From positions 1-62,450 of the IMG/VR virus record IMGVR_UViG_3300049012_000046: 62,450 bases of DNA, one strand, 5' to 3'. Both the position numbers and the translations under genes were made by a program. Source of the stretch: a virus. Lineage: Duplodnaviria > Caudoviricetes. The notes under the pieces are model-generated. The model worked only from the letters and a program-made list of their open reading frames with translations, did no database searches and had not been told where the DNA came from. Of this stretch, positions 37,386 through 46,820 are shown piece after piece (position 1 is the first letter of the stretch; each line of letters starts with the position of its first letter).

Positions 37386-40300
37386 AGATCGCATTTGACA
37401 TGTCGTCCTACATCTGGACGGCACTGCTGGTCGGCAAGGACGAGGAGGGCGGCTACCAGGTGCCGCACCCGAGCAAAGCGGAGAAGATGGTTCACGTCAA
37501 CTCCGCGGACTACGGCTACGAGAACGTCATCAACATGATGTGCGCGGCGCTGCACACCTTCCAGTGCGCGCCCATCGACTGCCTGCTCATCTTCGAAGGC
37601 ATGCAGTCGAAGAAGCAGCGCATGATGATCGACAAGGAGTACAAGGCCGGGCGCGATGCGGACCGGCCGGCGGAAGCCTACGTTGAATTCGAGAAGGTGC
37701 GCGAGCGGGTGCGCAAGACGTGGAAGGACCTGGGCGCCTGCGCGGTGAGCCAGCCCTTCGTCGAAGGTGACGACGTGCTGGCCTGGCTGGCGCGCGAGAC
37801 CGAAGAGGACATGGTCATCGCAACGCGCGACCGTGACCTGACGGTGCTCAACCAGGTCAACGACTACGGCGCGACGGTGCAGGTCCTGTGCGGCGACCAC
37901 AAGATCGGCGAGAACCCGTACGGACCGTGGGATCTGAAGCTGCTGCCGCTGTACAAGGCGCTGGTCGGCGATTCCAGCGACAACATCAAGGGTGTCGTCG
38001 GCTTCGGCGACGGGAAGTGGATCGACTTCCTCTCGAAGTACGGCGAGGACGGCGCGCTCGAGCTGCTGGAGCTGCTCGAGCAAGGCGCGCTGGGCCCGCT
38101 GCACGCCCAGGCCGAGGAGTGCAAGCTGATCAAGCTGATCTGCTCGCAAGAGGCCAACGCGATCAAGTCGTACAAGTGCGGCCGCCTCTACCCCGACTGG
38201 GTCAACACGCTCAAGCACCAGGTCGAATTCAGCCCCGGCATGGTCTCGCTCGAGCACCAGGCTGATGAGCGGCTGCAGCGCTGGGCCGGCGAGGCGCACC
38301 TGATCACGGCCGACAACTTCGACTTCATGACCCAAGCGGCCGAGCGGCCCCTTGCCGCCTCGCCCGAGCTGATCCTGGACATCGAGACGTCCACGCCGCC
38401 GGAGTCGGACGAATGGCTGGCCGCGCAGGGCGATCCCGAAGGCGTCGACGTGCTGGGCAGCAAGCTCACCGGCCTGGGCCTGACCTTCGGGCGCAACAAC
38501 AACATCACCTACTACTTCTCGGTCGACCACGCCCGTACGCAGAACGTGTCGAGCCAGCAGGTGTGCGGCTTCATCGCGAACGCCTGCAAGCTGGGCAAGC
38601 CGCTCGTGATCCAGAACGTCAGCTTCGAGCTGGCGGTGCTGTACAACGAGTGGGCGGCCGAGATGGAGAAGGCCTTCCCCGAGTACCGCGGCTTCCTGCC
38701 CCGCGTGCTGGACACCAAGTTCGAAGCGAGCTACGTCAACGAGAACGAGAAGACGGGCCTGAAGGGCCGCTCGAAGATGCATCTGGGCTACGAGCAGCAG
38801 ACGTACGACCAGACGACCAAGCTGTCCGGCAAGATGGGCACCTTGCCGCCGGGCGGGCGCCAGCTGCGGGTCTGGGACATCCCGCTGGACATCCCCGAAG
38901 GTGCACCGGCGCAGCCGCTGGAGCGCCACGAGGAGCGGCGCTACAAGGTGAACGAGCTGAGCGCGGAGCACGTGTTCGGCTACGGCATCGACGACACGAT
39001 CTGCACGGCGGCGCTGCACAACTACTACCGCCTGGTGATGCAGCTGGAGCATACCTGGGACGTCTACCTCGACGTCGAGATCGACGCGGCCTACCAGCAC
39101 GCGAAGAACTTCATCGATGGCACGCCGGTGTCGATCGAGACCAGCAATCAGCTGATGCGTGCTGACGACGCCAAGTCGGAGGCGGCCTGGGCGACGGTGC
39201 GCAACTACCTGATCGAGCAAGGCTTCGAAGGCACGGTGTGCCCCGAGCTCGACGCCAGCGCTCCGCTGGAGCTGGCCGACATCAAGGAGATCTTCTCGAT
39301 CTGCGCGCCGCGCAACTTCCGTGGCTACCAGGACGTCGACGAGGACGGCGAGCCTTGCCCTCGCAAGCTGCGCAAGGCCGATCGCGCCGTGGGCAACATG
39401 TCGCTGCCCAAAGTCATCGTGCACATCAAGGAAGTCGAGGATGAGCCGACCCTGGCGCTGCTGCTCAAGCCGCTGATTGAACCTGGCTTCGCCCAGGCCG
39501 ACGTCGATCGCCTGAACAAGTACATCGCTGATCACTTCAACGGTGAGCCGGAGAACCCGGTCGGCTCGCCGAAGAAGCTGGCCAAGCTGATGTATGAAGT
39601 GATGGGCCTGCCGATTCGGGTGCGCAACAACCCGACGGATGCGATGCGCAAGGCGGGCATCTTCGAGGGCAACCCGAAGACGGACGTGCTGGCCATCGAG
39701 TACGCGATGCGAGACGCCAAGAACGAGCAGCAGAAGGCGGTGCTCAAGGCGATCAAGATCATCCAGATGGTGCGCACGCGCCACTCGCTGTACTACGACA
39801 AGTACCCCGGCTTCGTGCACTGGAAGACCGGCCGGGTGCATTCGCAGCACAACCAGTGCCAGGCCAACACCCGCCGGGCGAGCGAGTCGGGCCCGAACAA
39901 GCAGCAGCTGCCCAAGCACATGAAGATCGAGGGCGAGCCGCCGCTGTACCGCGAGGTGGTCGTCCCGCATCACCGCAACGCCGTGGTTGTGTCGCTCGAC
40001 TTTGAATCGCAGGAGCTGGTGATCCTGGCCGAGAAGAGCCACGACCCGAACCTGATCTCGATCTTCGTGCCGCCCCCCGGCGAGGACAAGAAGAGCCAGC
40101 ACACCATCACCGGCCTGGGTATCTTCCAGAAGCTGAAGGCCGAGTATCGGGACACCACCTACCAGCAGTTCGCGGCGATCCTGGAGGACAAGACGCATGC
40201 CTGGCACGCCGAAGCCAAGGCAGCGCGCGCACTAGGCAAGAAGCTCAACTTCACGGCTGAGTACGGCGCCATGGCCGAGAAGGTGAAGCAGACGCTGCTG

Positions 40301-40849
40301 CTCGACAGCGTCGACGAAGCGCAGGACTTCCTGGATGCGCGTGAAGCGCAGTTCCCGCTGCTGACCAGGTGGAAGCGCAGCGTGGTCGAGTTCGTGAAGC
40401 GGTACGGCTATGTGCTGACCATGGAAGGCGCGCGGCGCCACCTGCGCGACTCGATCATGGGCGACGATGCGTGGGAGGCGATGAAGGCCGAGCGTCAGGC
40501 CATCAACATGGAGATCCAAGGCAGCGCGGCCGAGCAGACCAAGAAGGCCGAGGGGCGCATGTGGCAGGCTGGCTTGTCGTTCAAGTACGACGCGATCTGC
40601 TACGGCCCGATTCACGACGAGGTGGTCTGGAGCGTGGCGATCGACGACCTGCACGAGTTCCTACCCGAGCTGCACGCTTGCATGGTGGCGCCGTACGGCG
40701 GTATCACCGTGGTGCCGATTGGCTCGTCCATCTCGTTCGGCCCGGACTTCTACAACCAGATCGAGATCGGCAACCAGCCGACTCGTGAAGCCATCGAAGG
40801 CGGTTTGAAGAAGTACGCCGAGATGATGGACGAAAGGCTGGCAGCGTGA
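37382..40849 (+). CDS. polA: Family A DNA polymerase with 5'-3' and 3'-5' exonuclease domains
   Basis: YKAGR, EGDDVLA, TRDRDL, LVGDSSDNIKGV (5' nuclease); LDIET, DTK, YGIDD (3' exo); LDFESQEL, KKLNFTAEYG, IQGSAA, IHDEV (motifs A-C). Confidence 0.95.
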   Translation: MKIAFDMSSYIWTALLVGKDEEGGYQVPHPSKAEKMVHVNSADYGYENVINMMCAALHTFQCAPIDCLLIFEGMQSKKQRMMIDKEYKAGRDADRPAEAYVEFEKVRERVRKTWKDLGACAVSQPFVEGDDVLAWLARETEEDMVIATRDRDLTVLNQVNDYGATVQVLCGDHKIGENPYGPWDLKLLPLYKALVGDSSDNIKGVVGFGDGKWIDFLSKYGEDGALELLELLEQGALGPLHAQAEECKLIKLICSQEANAIKSYKCGRLYPDWVNTLKHQVEFSPGMVSLEHQADERLQRWAGEAHLITADNFDFMTQAAERPLAASPELILDIETSTPPESDEWLAAQGDPEGVDVLGSKLTGLGLTFGRNNNITYYFSVDHARTQNVSSQQVCGFIANACKLGKPLVIQNVSFELAVLYNEWAAEMEKAFPEYRGFLPRVLDTKFEASYVNENEKTGLKGRSKMHLGYEQQTYDQTTKLSGKMGTLPPGGRQLRVWDIPLDIPEGAPAQPLERHEERRYKVNELSAEHVFGYGIDDTICTAALHNYYRLVMQLEHTWDVYLDVEIDAAYQHAKNFIDGTPVSIETSNQLMRADDAKSEAAWATVRNYLIEQGFEGTVCPELDASAPLELADIKEIFSICAPRNFRGYQDVDEDGEPCPRKLRKADRAVGNMSLPKVIVHIKEVEDEPTLALLLKPLIEPGFAQADVDRLNKYIADHFNGEPENPVGSPKKLAKLMYEVMGLPIRVRNNPTDAMRKAGIFEGNPKTDVLAIEYAMRDAKNEQQKAVLKAIKIIQMVRTRHSLYYDKYPGFVHWKTGRVHSQHNQCQANTRRASESGPNKQQLPKHMKIEGEPPLYREVVVPHHRNAVVVSLDFESQELVILAEKSHDPNLISIFVPPPGEDKKSQHTITGLGIFQKLKAEYRDTTYQQFAAILEDKTHAWHAEAKAARALGKKLNFTAEYGAMAEKVKQTLLLDSVDEAQDFLDAREAQFPLLTRWKRSVVEFVKRYGYVLTMEGARRHLRDSIMGDDAWEAMKAERQAINMEIQGSAAEQTKKAEGRMWQAGLSFKYDAICYGPIHDEVVWSVAIDDLHEFLPELHACMVAPYGGITVVPIGSSISFGPDFYNQIEIGNQPTREAIEGGLKKYAEMMDERLAA

Positions 40850-41058
40850 GCGCGGTCAAGCAGCTGCGGCGAAAGGTCGGCTATGAAGGCGACACGCCGC
40901 GCTGCTGCAGCTGCGTGCACTACAAGCGGCCCGGAATGATGCTGATCAACAGCTTGCCCCGGGCTGTGCCGCCCTGGTGCAAGTTGCACGAGTTTCGTGT
41001 CGGCGTGAACGGGCTGTGCAACACATGGGCAGGCACCAACGGAGACGTACTGGCATGA
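40846..41058 (+). CDS. Small Cys-rich protein
   Basis: CCSCVHY...C..H.F.V.....C..W motif. Confidence 0.7.
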   Translation: MSAVKQLRRKVGYEGDTPRCCSCVHYKRPGMMLINSLPRAVPPWCKLHEFRVGVNGLCNTWAGTNGDVLA

Positions 41059-41270
41059 GCAACACACCACCTGACTGGAAGACCTGGGCCGAGCAGTTTG
41101 AGCGCACGCTTCGAAGGGATTTCGACGACTGGAGCAACCAGCAGACCCAGTGGCCGAACCCACCGGGCATTGAAGAGGCCATCAGCTTTCACCACTTCTT
41201 GCTGGGCAAGATTGGTGGTGCGCTGGTCATCACACTCAAGCGACTTGCAGAACTGGAGGCGCGCCAGTGA
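41055..41270 (+). CDS. Hypothetical protein
   Basis: ATGA-coupled. Confidence 0.6.
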   Translation: MSNTPPDWKTWAEQFERTLRRDFDDWSNQQTQWPNPPGIEEAISFHHFLLGKIGGALVITLKRLAELEARQ

Positions 41271-41271
41271 T

Positions 41272-41592
41272 ATGGCCTGGATTTACCGTTGCAGCCGATG
41301 CCGGACGAGAAACACGTTCCGTCGTGCGGTGCACGACTACATCATCAAGCGCAAGTGCCGGCACTGCGGACACCGACGTTTCTATGTGGACAAGGAGCGA
41401 GTCCGTCGCAAGCCCTGCAAATGCGCTGGCTACCACCATCCCCATCGCATGTTCTCGAAGTTCTGCGATCACCGGCCCGAGTCCATCGTCCACAGGGCAG
41501 CGCGCGAGGGCACTGCCGGCGAGGCGCTGTGGGATGTAGCGATGGAGGCGGCTTGGAGCGGTGGCCGCGTAACGGACGTCTGTCCATTTTGA
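41272..41592 (+). CDS. Basic Cys/His-rich zinc-binding protein
   Basis: CSRC, CRHC, CKC.GYHHPHR..S.FC. Confidence 0.7.
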   Translation: MAWIYRCSRCRTRNTFRRAVHDYIIKRKCRHCGHRRFYVDKERVRRKPCKCAGYHHPHRMFSKFCDHRPESIVHRAAREGTAGEALWDVAMEAAWSGGRVTDVCPF

Positions 41593-41601
41593 AAGGCAAC
41601 T

Positions 41602-42051
41602 ATGAGTCTTACTTTTGACGTACTCCGGCAGGCCAACATTGCGCGGCTGCCGCAATTCAAGAACAAGCACGGTGACCTTGCGCACCGCATGCCCGACGGC
41701 AGTGACTGGAGCCCGGCACAGTGGCTGCAAGCGCTGATTGGCGAGCTTGGCGAGCTGGCCAACGAGCGCAAGAAGTTTGAGCGCGGTGACCTAACGATCG
41801 CCGAGTTCCAGGAGAAGGCGGCGCGCGAGCTGGCCGATGTGCAGACCTACCTCGACATCTACGCACGGCGCATTCTCGACATCGTCGACGACGGTCGGGT
41901 TGTGCATGCCCATCCGACTGGCGTGAATCTCGGCGAGGCGACGATCCAGAAGTTCAACGAGGTGTCGCGGCGCGTGGACGCAAACGTGTTCATCACGCAT
42001 ACCTTCGTCGACGGGAAGTGGCTCAGCCACGTGGCGGGAGGAAAGCTGTGA
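41602..42051 (+). CDS. Second MazG-like pyrophosphohydrolase
   Basis: GELGELANERKK...ELADVQTYLD...KFNEVS. Confidence 0.85.
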   Translation: MSLTFDVLRQANIARLPQFKNKHGDLAHRMPDGSDWSPAQWLQALIGELGELANERKKFERGDLTIAEFQEKAARELADVQTYLDIYARRILDIVDDGRVVHAHPTGVNLGEATIQKFNEVSRRVDANVFITHTFVDGKWLSHVAGGKL

Positions 42052-42251
42052 CCACAATCGGTGAAGCCCTCCCCTACGAGATGCGGCGTTGCCGCCAGAT
42101 CCTCGTGCACGCCAAGGAGATCGGCCCCGAGGGCGTGTTCCTTGTGCACATGCTGCAGCTGGCGCTGCTGCAGGCCGAGCGGGCCCTGGCCAACGGTGAC
42201 GTGGCCGGGATGCTTGTGGCCTACGAAGAGCTGAAGGACTTCAAGGAGTGA
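42048..42251 (+). CDS. Conserved small helical phage protein
   Basis: EIGP.G.F...GDV..M..AYEELK motif. Confidence 0.7.
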   Translation: MTTIGEALPYEMRRCRQILVHAKEIGPEGVFLVHMLQLALLQAERALANGDVAGMLVAYEELKDFKE

Positions 42252-42691
42252 CGCCCTTCGACGACTTCTTTCGCCACAACTACCGCCGGATGGTGGGGTA
42301 CTGCTCAGCCTTCTTCAACGAGTCGGACGTGGAGGAGGAAGTCGCCTCGGTCATCTATGCCTGCTACGACGAGTACGCAGCCAAGATCGAGAGCGCGGGG
42401 CGCGAGGCAACGATGCGGGCCTGGATGAACCGGCGCGTGCTGCTCAACCTGCGCAGCCGCTACCGCAACCATGACATCGCCCGCACCGAGCAGCTCGAGA
42501 CGTACGAGCAGCTGACGTTCGACGACCCCGAAAGCATTCTCGAGCTCAAGCAGACCTTGCCCCCTGTGCATCCCATCCTGATCGACTACGAGCCCTACGG
42601 CGGCGCGGCAAGCGCGCGGGGCGAGAACACCAGCGCCGACAAGACGCGGTTCTGCCGCGAGAGGAAGAAATTCATGGAGGCATTCCGATGA
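42248..42691 (+). CDS. Sigma70 region-2-like protein
   Basis: F..FFRHNYRRM......DVEEEV....Y......RAWMNRRVLLN.RS.YR resembles ECF sigma region 2. Confidence 0.5.
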   Translation: MTPFDDFFRHNYRRMVGYCSAFFNESDVEEEVASVIYACYDEYAAKIESAGREATMRAWMNRRVLLNLRSRYRNHDIARTEQLETYEQLTFDDPESILELKQTLPPVHPILIDYEPYGGAASARGENTSADKTRFCRERKKFMEAFR

Positions 42692-43140
42692 GCGCAGCCA
42701 ACCGCGGCAAGTACGCCGAAGGCGAGGTGCGCAAGCACCTGCAGAAGATCGACACGAAGACCGTCTGCTTCGACTGGGAGCGCGTGCTCGACGCCCACGC
42801 CGCCGGCGGCCGCTTCGCCGCACGCACCGGCGACTTCGCCTGGTGGGCGCCCAACGCACACGGCGTGCTCGAGTGCAAGGAGGTGGAGCACGCCTTTCGC
42901 TTGCCCTACAAGAACTACGAGCGCAGTGCGGTGGCCAAGGTCTACAAGCGGCAGCTTGCCGGCGGCAAGGTCAACGTCGTGGTGTGCCACATGCCGATGA
43001 AGGTGTGGCGCAACGTGCCGTTCGAAGTCTTCCGAAAGCGCAACGAAGCCACTCCCAGCGGCAGCTGGGATCTGTCAGAATTTCCAACTTTCAACACGCT
43101 GGCGGATGCCCTGAAGGGCACGATGCTGGCAATTAGCTAA
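42688..43140 (+). CDS. Holliday junction resolvase (RecU-like, PD-(D/E)xK)
   Basis: NRGKYAE...GDF...LECKE motif; adjacent to SbcCD. Confidence 0.75.
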   Translation: MSAANRGKYAEGEVRKHLQKIDTKTVCFDWERVLDAHAAGGRFAARTGDFAWWAPNAHGVLECKEVEHAFRLPYKNYERSAVAKVYKRQLAGGKVNVVVCHMPMKVWRNVPFEVFRKRNEATPSGSWDLSEFPTFNTLADALKGTMLAIS

Positions 43141-43147
43141 GGACTCT

Positions 43148-44191
43148 ATGCGCCCACTCTTCCACATCAACGACGTCCACATCGGCGCGATCCGCACGGC
43201 CGGCACCACGCCGGCGACGGCGTACCAGCTGCGGCTGGACCTGATCGAAGGCTTCGGCTCGCTGCTGGAGATGGCCACCGGCTGCGACCTGATCATCAAC
43301 GGCGACCTGTTCGACAAAGAGAACGTGCCGATGAGCGACCTGTATGCGGCCTACTCGCTGCTGCGCACCTGGATGCTGGCCAACCCGCCGAGCTACCTGA
43401 TCATGCCGCCGGGCAACCACGACCTGTCCAAGACGTCGACGGTCTTCACGTCGTTCGATCTGCTGGTCAAGCTGCTGGAGAGCGAGTTCGGTGCGCGGGT
43501 CTTCTCGATGCGCACGGGTGTCGGCTTCGCCGGCTCGTGGATCATCCCCCACGTGCCCAATCAGGACCTGTTCAACCTCGAGCTGGCCAAGGTACCGCCG
43601 GGCACGAAATACCTCTTCCTGCACTGCAACGTCGACAACGGCTTCGCGGTCGAGGCCGATCACTCGCTCAACCTGTCGCTGGAGCAGGCCGAGAAGCTGC
43701 CCGTCGAGCGCATCATCGTGGCGCACGTCCACCAGCGCGCCGAGTACCTGCACGGCAAGGTGCTGCTGCCGGGCAACCAGGTCCCGTCGAGCGTGGCCGA
43801 CTGCCTGGGCAACGATCGGAAGTACGCGCTGAAGCTCCACGCCGATAAGGTCGAGTACGTCGAGACGTGCCGCATGAGCGACTGCTTCCTGCGGGTCGAC
43901 TGGCGTGCGCTGGACGGCGCGGACACGGACATCGCGTTCGTCCGGGTCGAGGGCGAGTGCGAGGCCCACGAAACGAGCGAGGCCGTGAAGGCGATCAGCC
44001 AGAAGCGCAAGACGTCGCCCGCCCTGGTCATCACCAACAGCGTGAAGATCGAAGGCATGGACGACCAGAAGCAGATCAAGACCAACCTCGAGGAGATCAA
44101 GTCGTTCAAGGTGCTCGACGCCTTGCTGGAGATCCTCACCGAAGAAGAGCGCGCGATCCTCGTGCCGCTGATGGAGGAGAACAATGTCTGA
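43148..44191 (+). CDS. SbcD/Mre11-like metallophosphoesterase nuclease
   Basis: DVHIG, GDLFD, GNHD, FLH, AHVH motifs. Confidence 0.9.
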   Translation: MRPLFHINDVHIGAIRTAGTTPATAYQLRLDLIEGFGSLLEMATGCDLIINGDLFDKENVPMSDLYAAYSLLRTWMLANPPSYLIMPPGNHDLSKTSTVFTSFDLLVKLLESEFGARVFSMRTGVGFAGSWIIPHVPNQDLFNLELAKVPPGTKYLFLHCNVDNGFAVEADHSLNLSLEQAEKLPVERIIVAHVHQRAEYLHGKVLLPGNQVPSSVADCLGNDRKYALKLHADKVEYVETCRMSDCFLRVDWRALDGADTDIAFVRVEGECEAHETSEAVKAISQKRKTSPALVITNSVKIEGMDDQKQIKTNLEEIKSFKVLDALLEILTEEERAILVPLMEENNV

Positions 44192-44447
44192 AGAGCAAGT
44201 TCCTGTACACCCTGTGCAGACGTCGCGCCACTGGCGCGGCCAGGCCCATGCACCGCAAGCGGTGACGCTGCGGGCCTACGAGGTCTACTGCCACGTGCAC
44301 GGCCCGCAAGAGGCAATGGTCACAGGCGGCTGCCGTGGCGGGTTCTCCACGGGCGAGCTGGTTGCCTTCCTGTACGCCCACTCCTTTCCGAAGGGTGAGT
44401 GGCGGCAGCGCGTCAATGAAGCCTTCCGGGGGATGAAGAATGTTTGA
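44184..44447 (+). CDS. Conserved small phage protein inserted between sbcD and sbcC
   Basis: AYEVY....G.Q......RGGF...EL motif; overlaps both neighbours. Confidence 0.7.
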   Translation: MSEEQVPVHPVQTSRHWRGQAHAPQAVTLRAYEVYCHVHGPQEAMVTGGCRGGFSTGELVAFLYAHSFPKGEWRQRVNEAFRGMKNV

Positions 44448-46551
44448 CCAACTCGTACTTACCAACTTCCGGCAGCACGAGTCGCTGACGATCGACTTCG
44501 AGCCGGGCCTGATCGCGATCCGCGGCGCCAACGAGCGCGGCAAGACGACCATCAACGAGGCGATCGGTTACGCCATGTTCGGCAGCGACGCGCTGCGCGA
44601 CCCCATCGACGACGTCGTGACCTGGGACAAGCCGCTCAACTCGATGCAGGTGCAGCTGGACTTCACCCACGACGGCGTGCGCTACCGCGTCACGCGCAGC
44701 AAGCGCGGCGCCGAGCTTGCCGCACCTGGCTTGTCCGTCACCGGCCAGGGCGAGACGCGCAAGTTCATCGAGACGCTGCTGGGCACCACCGCCAAGACGG
44801 CCACCAACCTGATGATGGCCGACCAGGGCAAGCTGCGCGGCGCGCTGACCGACGGTCCGGCCAAAGCCGTCGAGCTGATCAGCGAGCTGGCCGACTTCGA
44901 CCTGATCGACCGCATCGTGTCGCTGGTGCAGTCCAAGCTGCCCACCGGCAGCGCCAAGGCCGCCGAGGAGCGCCTGGCCACGCTCAGCACGCAGCTCGAG
45001 CAGCACACGGTGCCCGAGCTGGACGTCTCGGCCGAGGAGGCCGAGCTGGAGCAGACCAACCAGACGCTCCAGCTGCGCTACGCCGCGCAGCTGGAGCTCG
45101 ACGCCTCGCTCAAGGAAACGGGCGCCGAGGCGGCGCGCGCCGCGATCAACGCCGCGGCGGCCGCCGAGCGCGACGCGGCGCGGCTGGAGCAGCAGGTCGC
45201 CGACGCGCTGCAGGCCTCGCTGGTGGTGCCCAAGGCACCGGAAGCCAGCGAGGGCCAGGTCGAGGCTTGGCGCGCGGCCATGGTCGAGGAGAAGGCCGCC
45301 GGCGCCGCGCGCACCGCCTGGGCGGCGCTGAGCGCGCTGGTCGAGCCCGAAGCGCTGTGGGAGGGCGACCGCGCCTCATTCGAGGAGGAGCGCGCCCAGT
45401 ACCAGAAGTTGGTGAGGGACTACTCCACGCGAATGCACGCCGCCGACCTGGAGCGCACGCAGGCCGTCAGCCAGATCATCAAGGAGCAGACGTGCGGGCT
45501 GTGCGGCAAGGACCTGTCGGACGTGCCGGAGGTGGTGCGCCGCAATGCGGAGCTGGAGGAGCGCGGCAAGGGGGCCTGGGAGCGTCGGGAGGCCGCCGGC
45601 AAGGCGCTGCAGGACGCGCAGGCGGCGCTGGCCGACCTGGACGCCCTGGCGCGCGTGGCCGCGGCCTACGAGGCCACGGTGAACCGCTACAGCGCCTACG
45701 TCGACCTGATCGACGACCGGGTGCCCGCGCGCTGGGTGTGGCGCGGCGAGCCGCCGACGGCCGCCGGTTCGGCGCCGAACTACGACGCCCTGATCCGCGG
45801 CGCCGAGATGGCCCTGCGGGCGCACCAGACGGCCCTGGGCGCCCACGAGGCGGCCAAGGCGAACCACCTGCGCCTGGCGGCTCAGCTCGAGTCCTTCCTG
45901 CCCTCCGTGGCCGCGCTGCAGGCCGCCGTGCCGGCGGCGCGCGAGAAGCTCAAGCAGGCCGACCTGCTGGCCGCCCGGGTGCGCGAGGTGGGCGACGAGA
46001 TCACGGCGCTGCGGGCGCAGGCCCGGGCGCTAGCCACGGCCATCACGCACAAGCAGGAGCTGCACGCCCAGCGCGAGCGCACGCAGCGGCTGCTGGAGCA
46101 GCAGGTCGCCGATGCCAAGGTCGAGCTGGCCAACCTGAACCGCAACAACGCCCTGCTGGCCAAGCTGCGCAACGCCCGGCCACAGATCGCCGACAAGCTG
46201 TGGGGCATCGTGCTGGCGCTGGTCAGCAGCGAGTTCACCAAGATCCGCGGCACGCAGACCGTCGTCACCCGCTCGGACAACGGCTTCCAGGTCGACGGCC
46301 GGCGCATCGGCAAGGGCGGCTTGTCAGGCTCGGCGCTCGACGCACTGGGCCTGGCCATCCGCTCGGCACTGACTCGCACGTTCCTGCCGGGCATCTCGTT
46401 CATGATGCTCGACGAGCCGGCGGCGGCGTGCGACGATGAGCGCGAGATCAACATGCTGGGCATGATCGCGGCCAGCGGCTTCGCGCAGGTGCTGCTTATC
46501 ACGCACAGCGAGCATGCGGATGCGTTCGCAAGTCAGGTGGTGCGGCTGTGA
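44440..46551 (+). CDS. SbcC/Rad50-like SMC ATPase
   Basis: GANERGKTT, Q-loop DQG, coiled coil with CGLC zinc hook, LSGSA signature, LDEP, ITHS. Confidence 0.93.
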   Translation: MFDQLVLTNFRQHESLTIDFEPGLIAIRGANERGKTTINEAIGYAMFGSDALRDPIDDVVTWDKPLNSMQVQLDFTHDGVRYRVTRSKRGAELAAPGLSVTGQGETRKFIETLLGTTAKTATNLMMADQGKLRGALTDGPAKAVELISELADFDLIDRIVSLVQSKLPTGSAKAAEERLATLSTQLEQHTVPELDVSAEEAELEQTNQTLQLRYAAQLELDASLKETGAEAARAAINAAAAAERDAARLEQQVADALQASLVVPKAPEASEGQVEAWRAAMVEEKAAGAARTAWAALSALVEPEALWEGDRASFEEERAQYQKLVRDYSTRMHAADLERTQAVSQIIKEQTCGLCGKDLSDVPEVVRRNAELEERGKGAWERREAAGKALQDAQAALADLDALARVAAAYEATVNRYSAYVDLIDDRVPARWVWRGEPPTAAGSAPNYDALIRGAEMALRAHQTALGAHEAAKANHLRLAAQLESFLPSVAALQAAVPAAREKLKQADLLAARVREVGDEITALRAQARALATAITHKQELHAQRERTQRLLEQQVADAKVELANLNRNNALLAKLRNARPQIADKLWGIVLALVSSEFTKIRGTQTVVTRSDNGFQVDGRRIGKGGLSGSALDALGLAIRSALTRTFLPGISFMMLDEPAAACDDEREINMLGMIAASGFAQVLLITHSEHADAFASQVVRL

Positions 46552-46820
46552 AGCTCGAGGACATGATCGACTCGATGGGCTGGATCCCGCTGAAGCGGTA
46601 CATCCAGATCACCGGCGAGAAGAAGTCCACCCTGCACATGCGCCGCATCAACGGCGTGTGGAAGGAGGGCGTGCACATCGCGACGCCGCCGGGAGGCGGC
46701 GCCTACATCAACTTCAAGGCGGTTGCCGAGTGGTGTGCGGCGAGTGCGCGCCCGGTGCACGACGTGCCCAAGCTGCTGGCCGAGCAGGTGCGCAAGGAGC
46801 TGAGCGAGGCTGGCAGCTAG
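46548..46820 (+). CDS. Excisionase-like winged-helix DNA-binding protein
   Basis: WIPLKRY...TG........R..G.W.EGVH.......YIN..AV.EW pattern. Confidence 0.7.
   Translation: MKLEDMIDSMGWIPLKRYIQITGEKKSTLHMRRINGVWKEGVHIATPPGGGAYINFKAVAEWCAASARPVHDVPKLLAEQVRKELSEAGS

Noticed and set aside
37382-40849. Intein or intron in the long polymerase or primase
   Set aside because: Length is explained by fused domains; no C...HN-(C/S/T) splice junctions or LAGLIDADG motifs noticed, and frames are uninterrupted
46548-46820. Prophage boundary or att site near the Xis-like gene
   Set aside because: No integrase, tRNA or host genes nearby; both flanks are phage genes, so lifestyle cannot be determined
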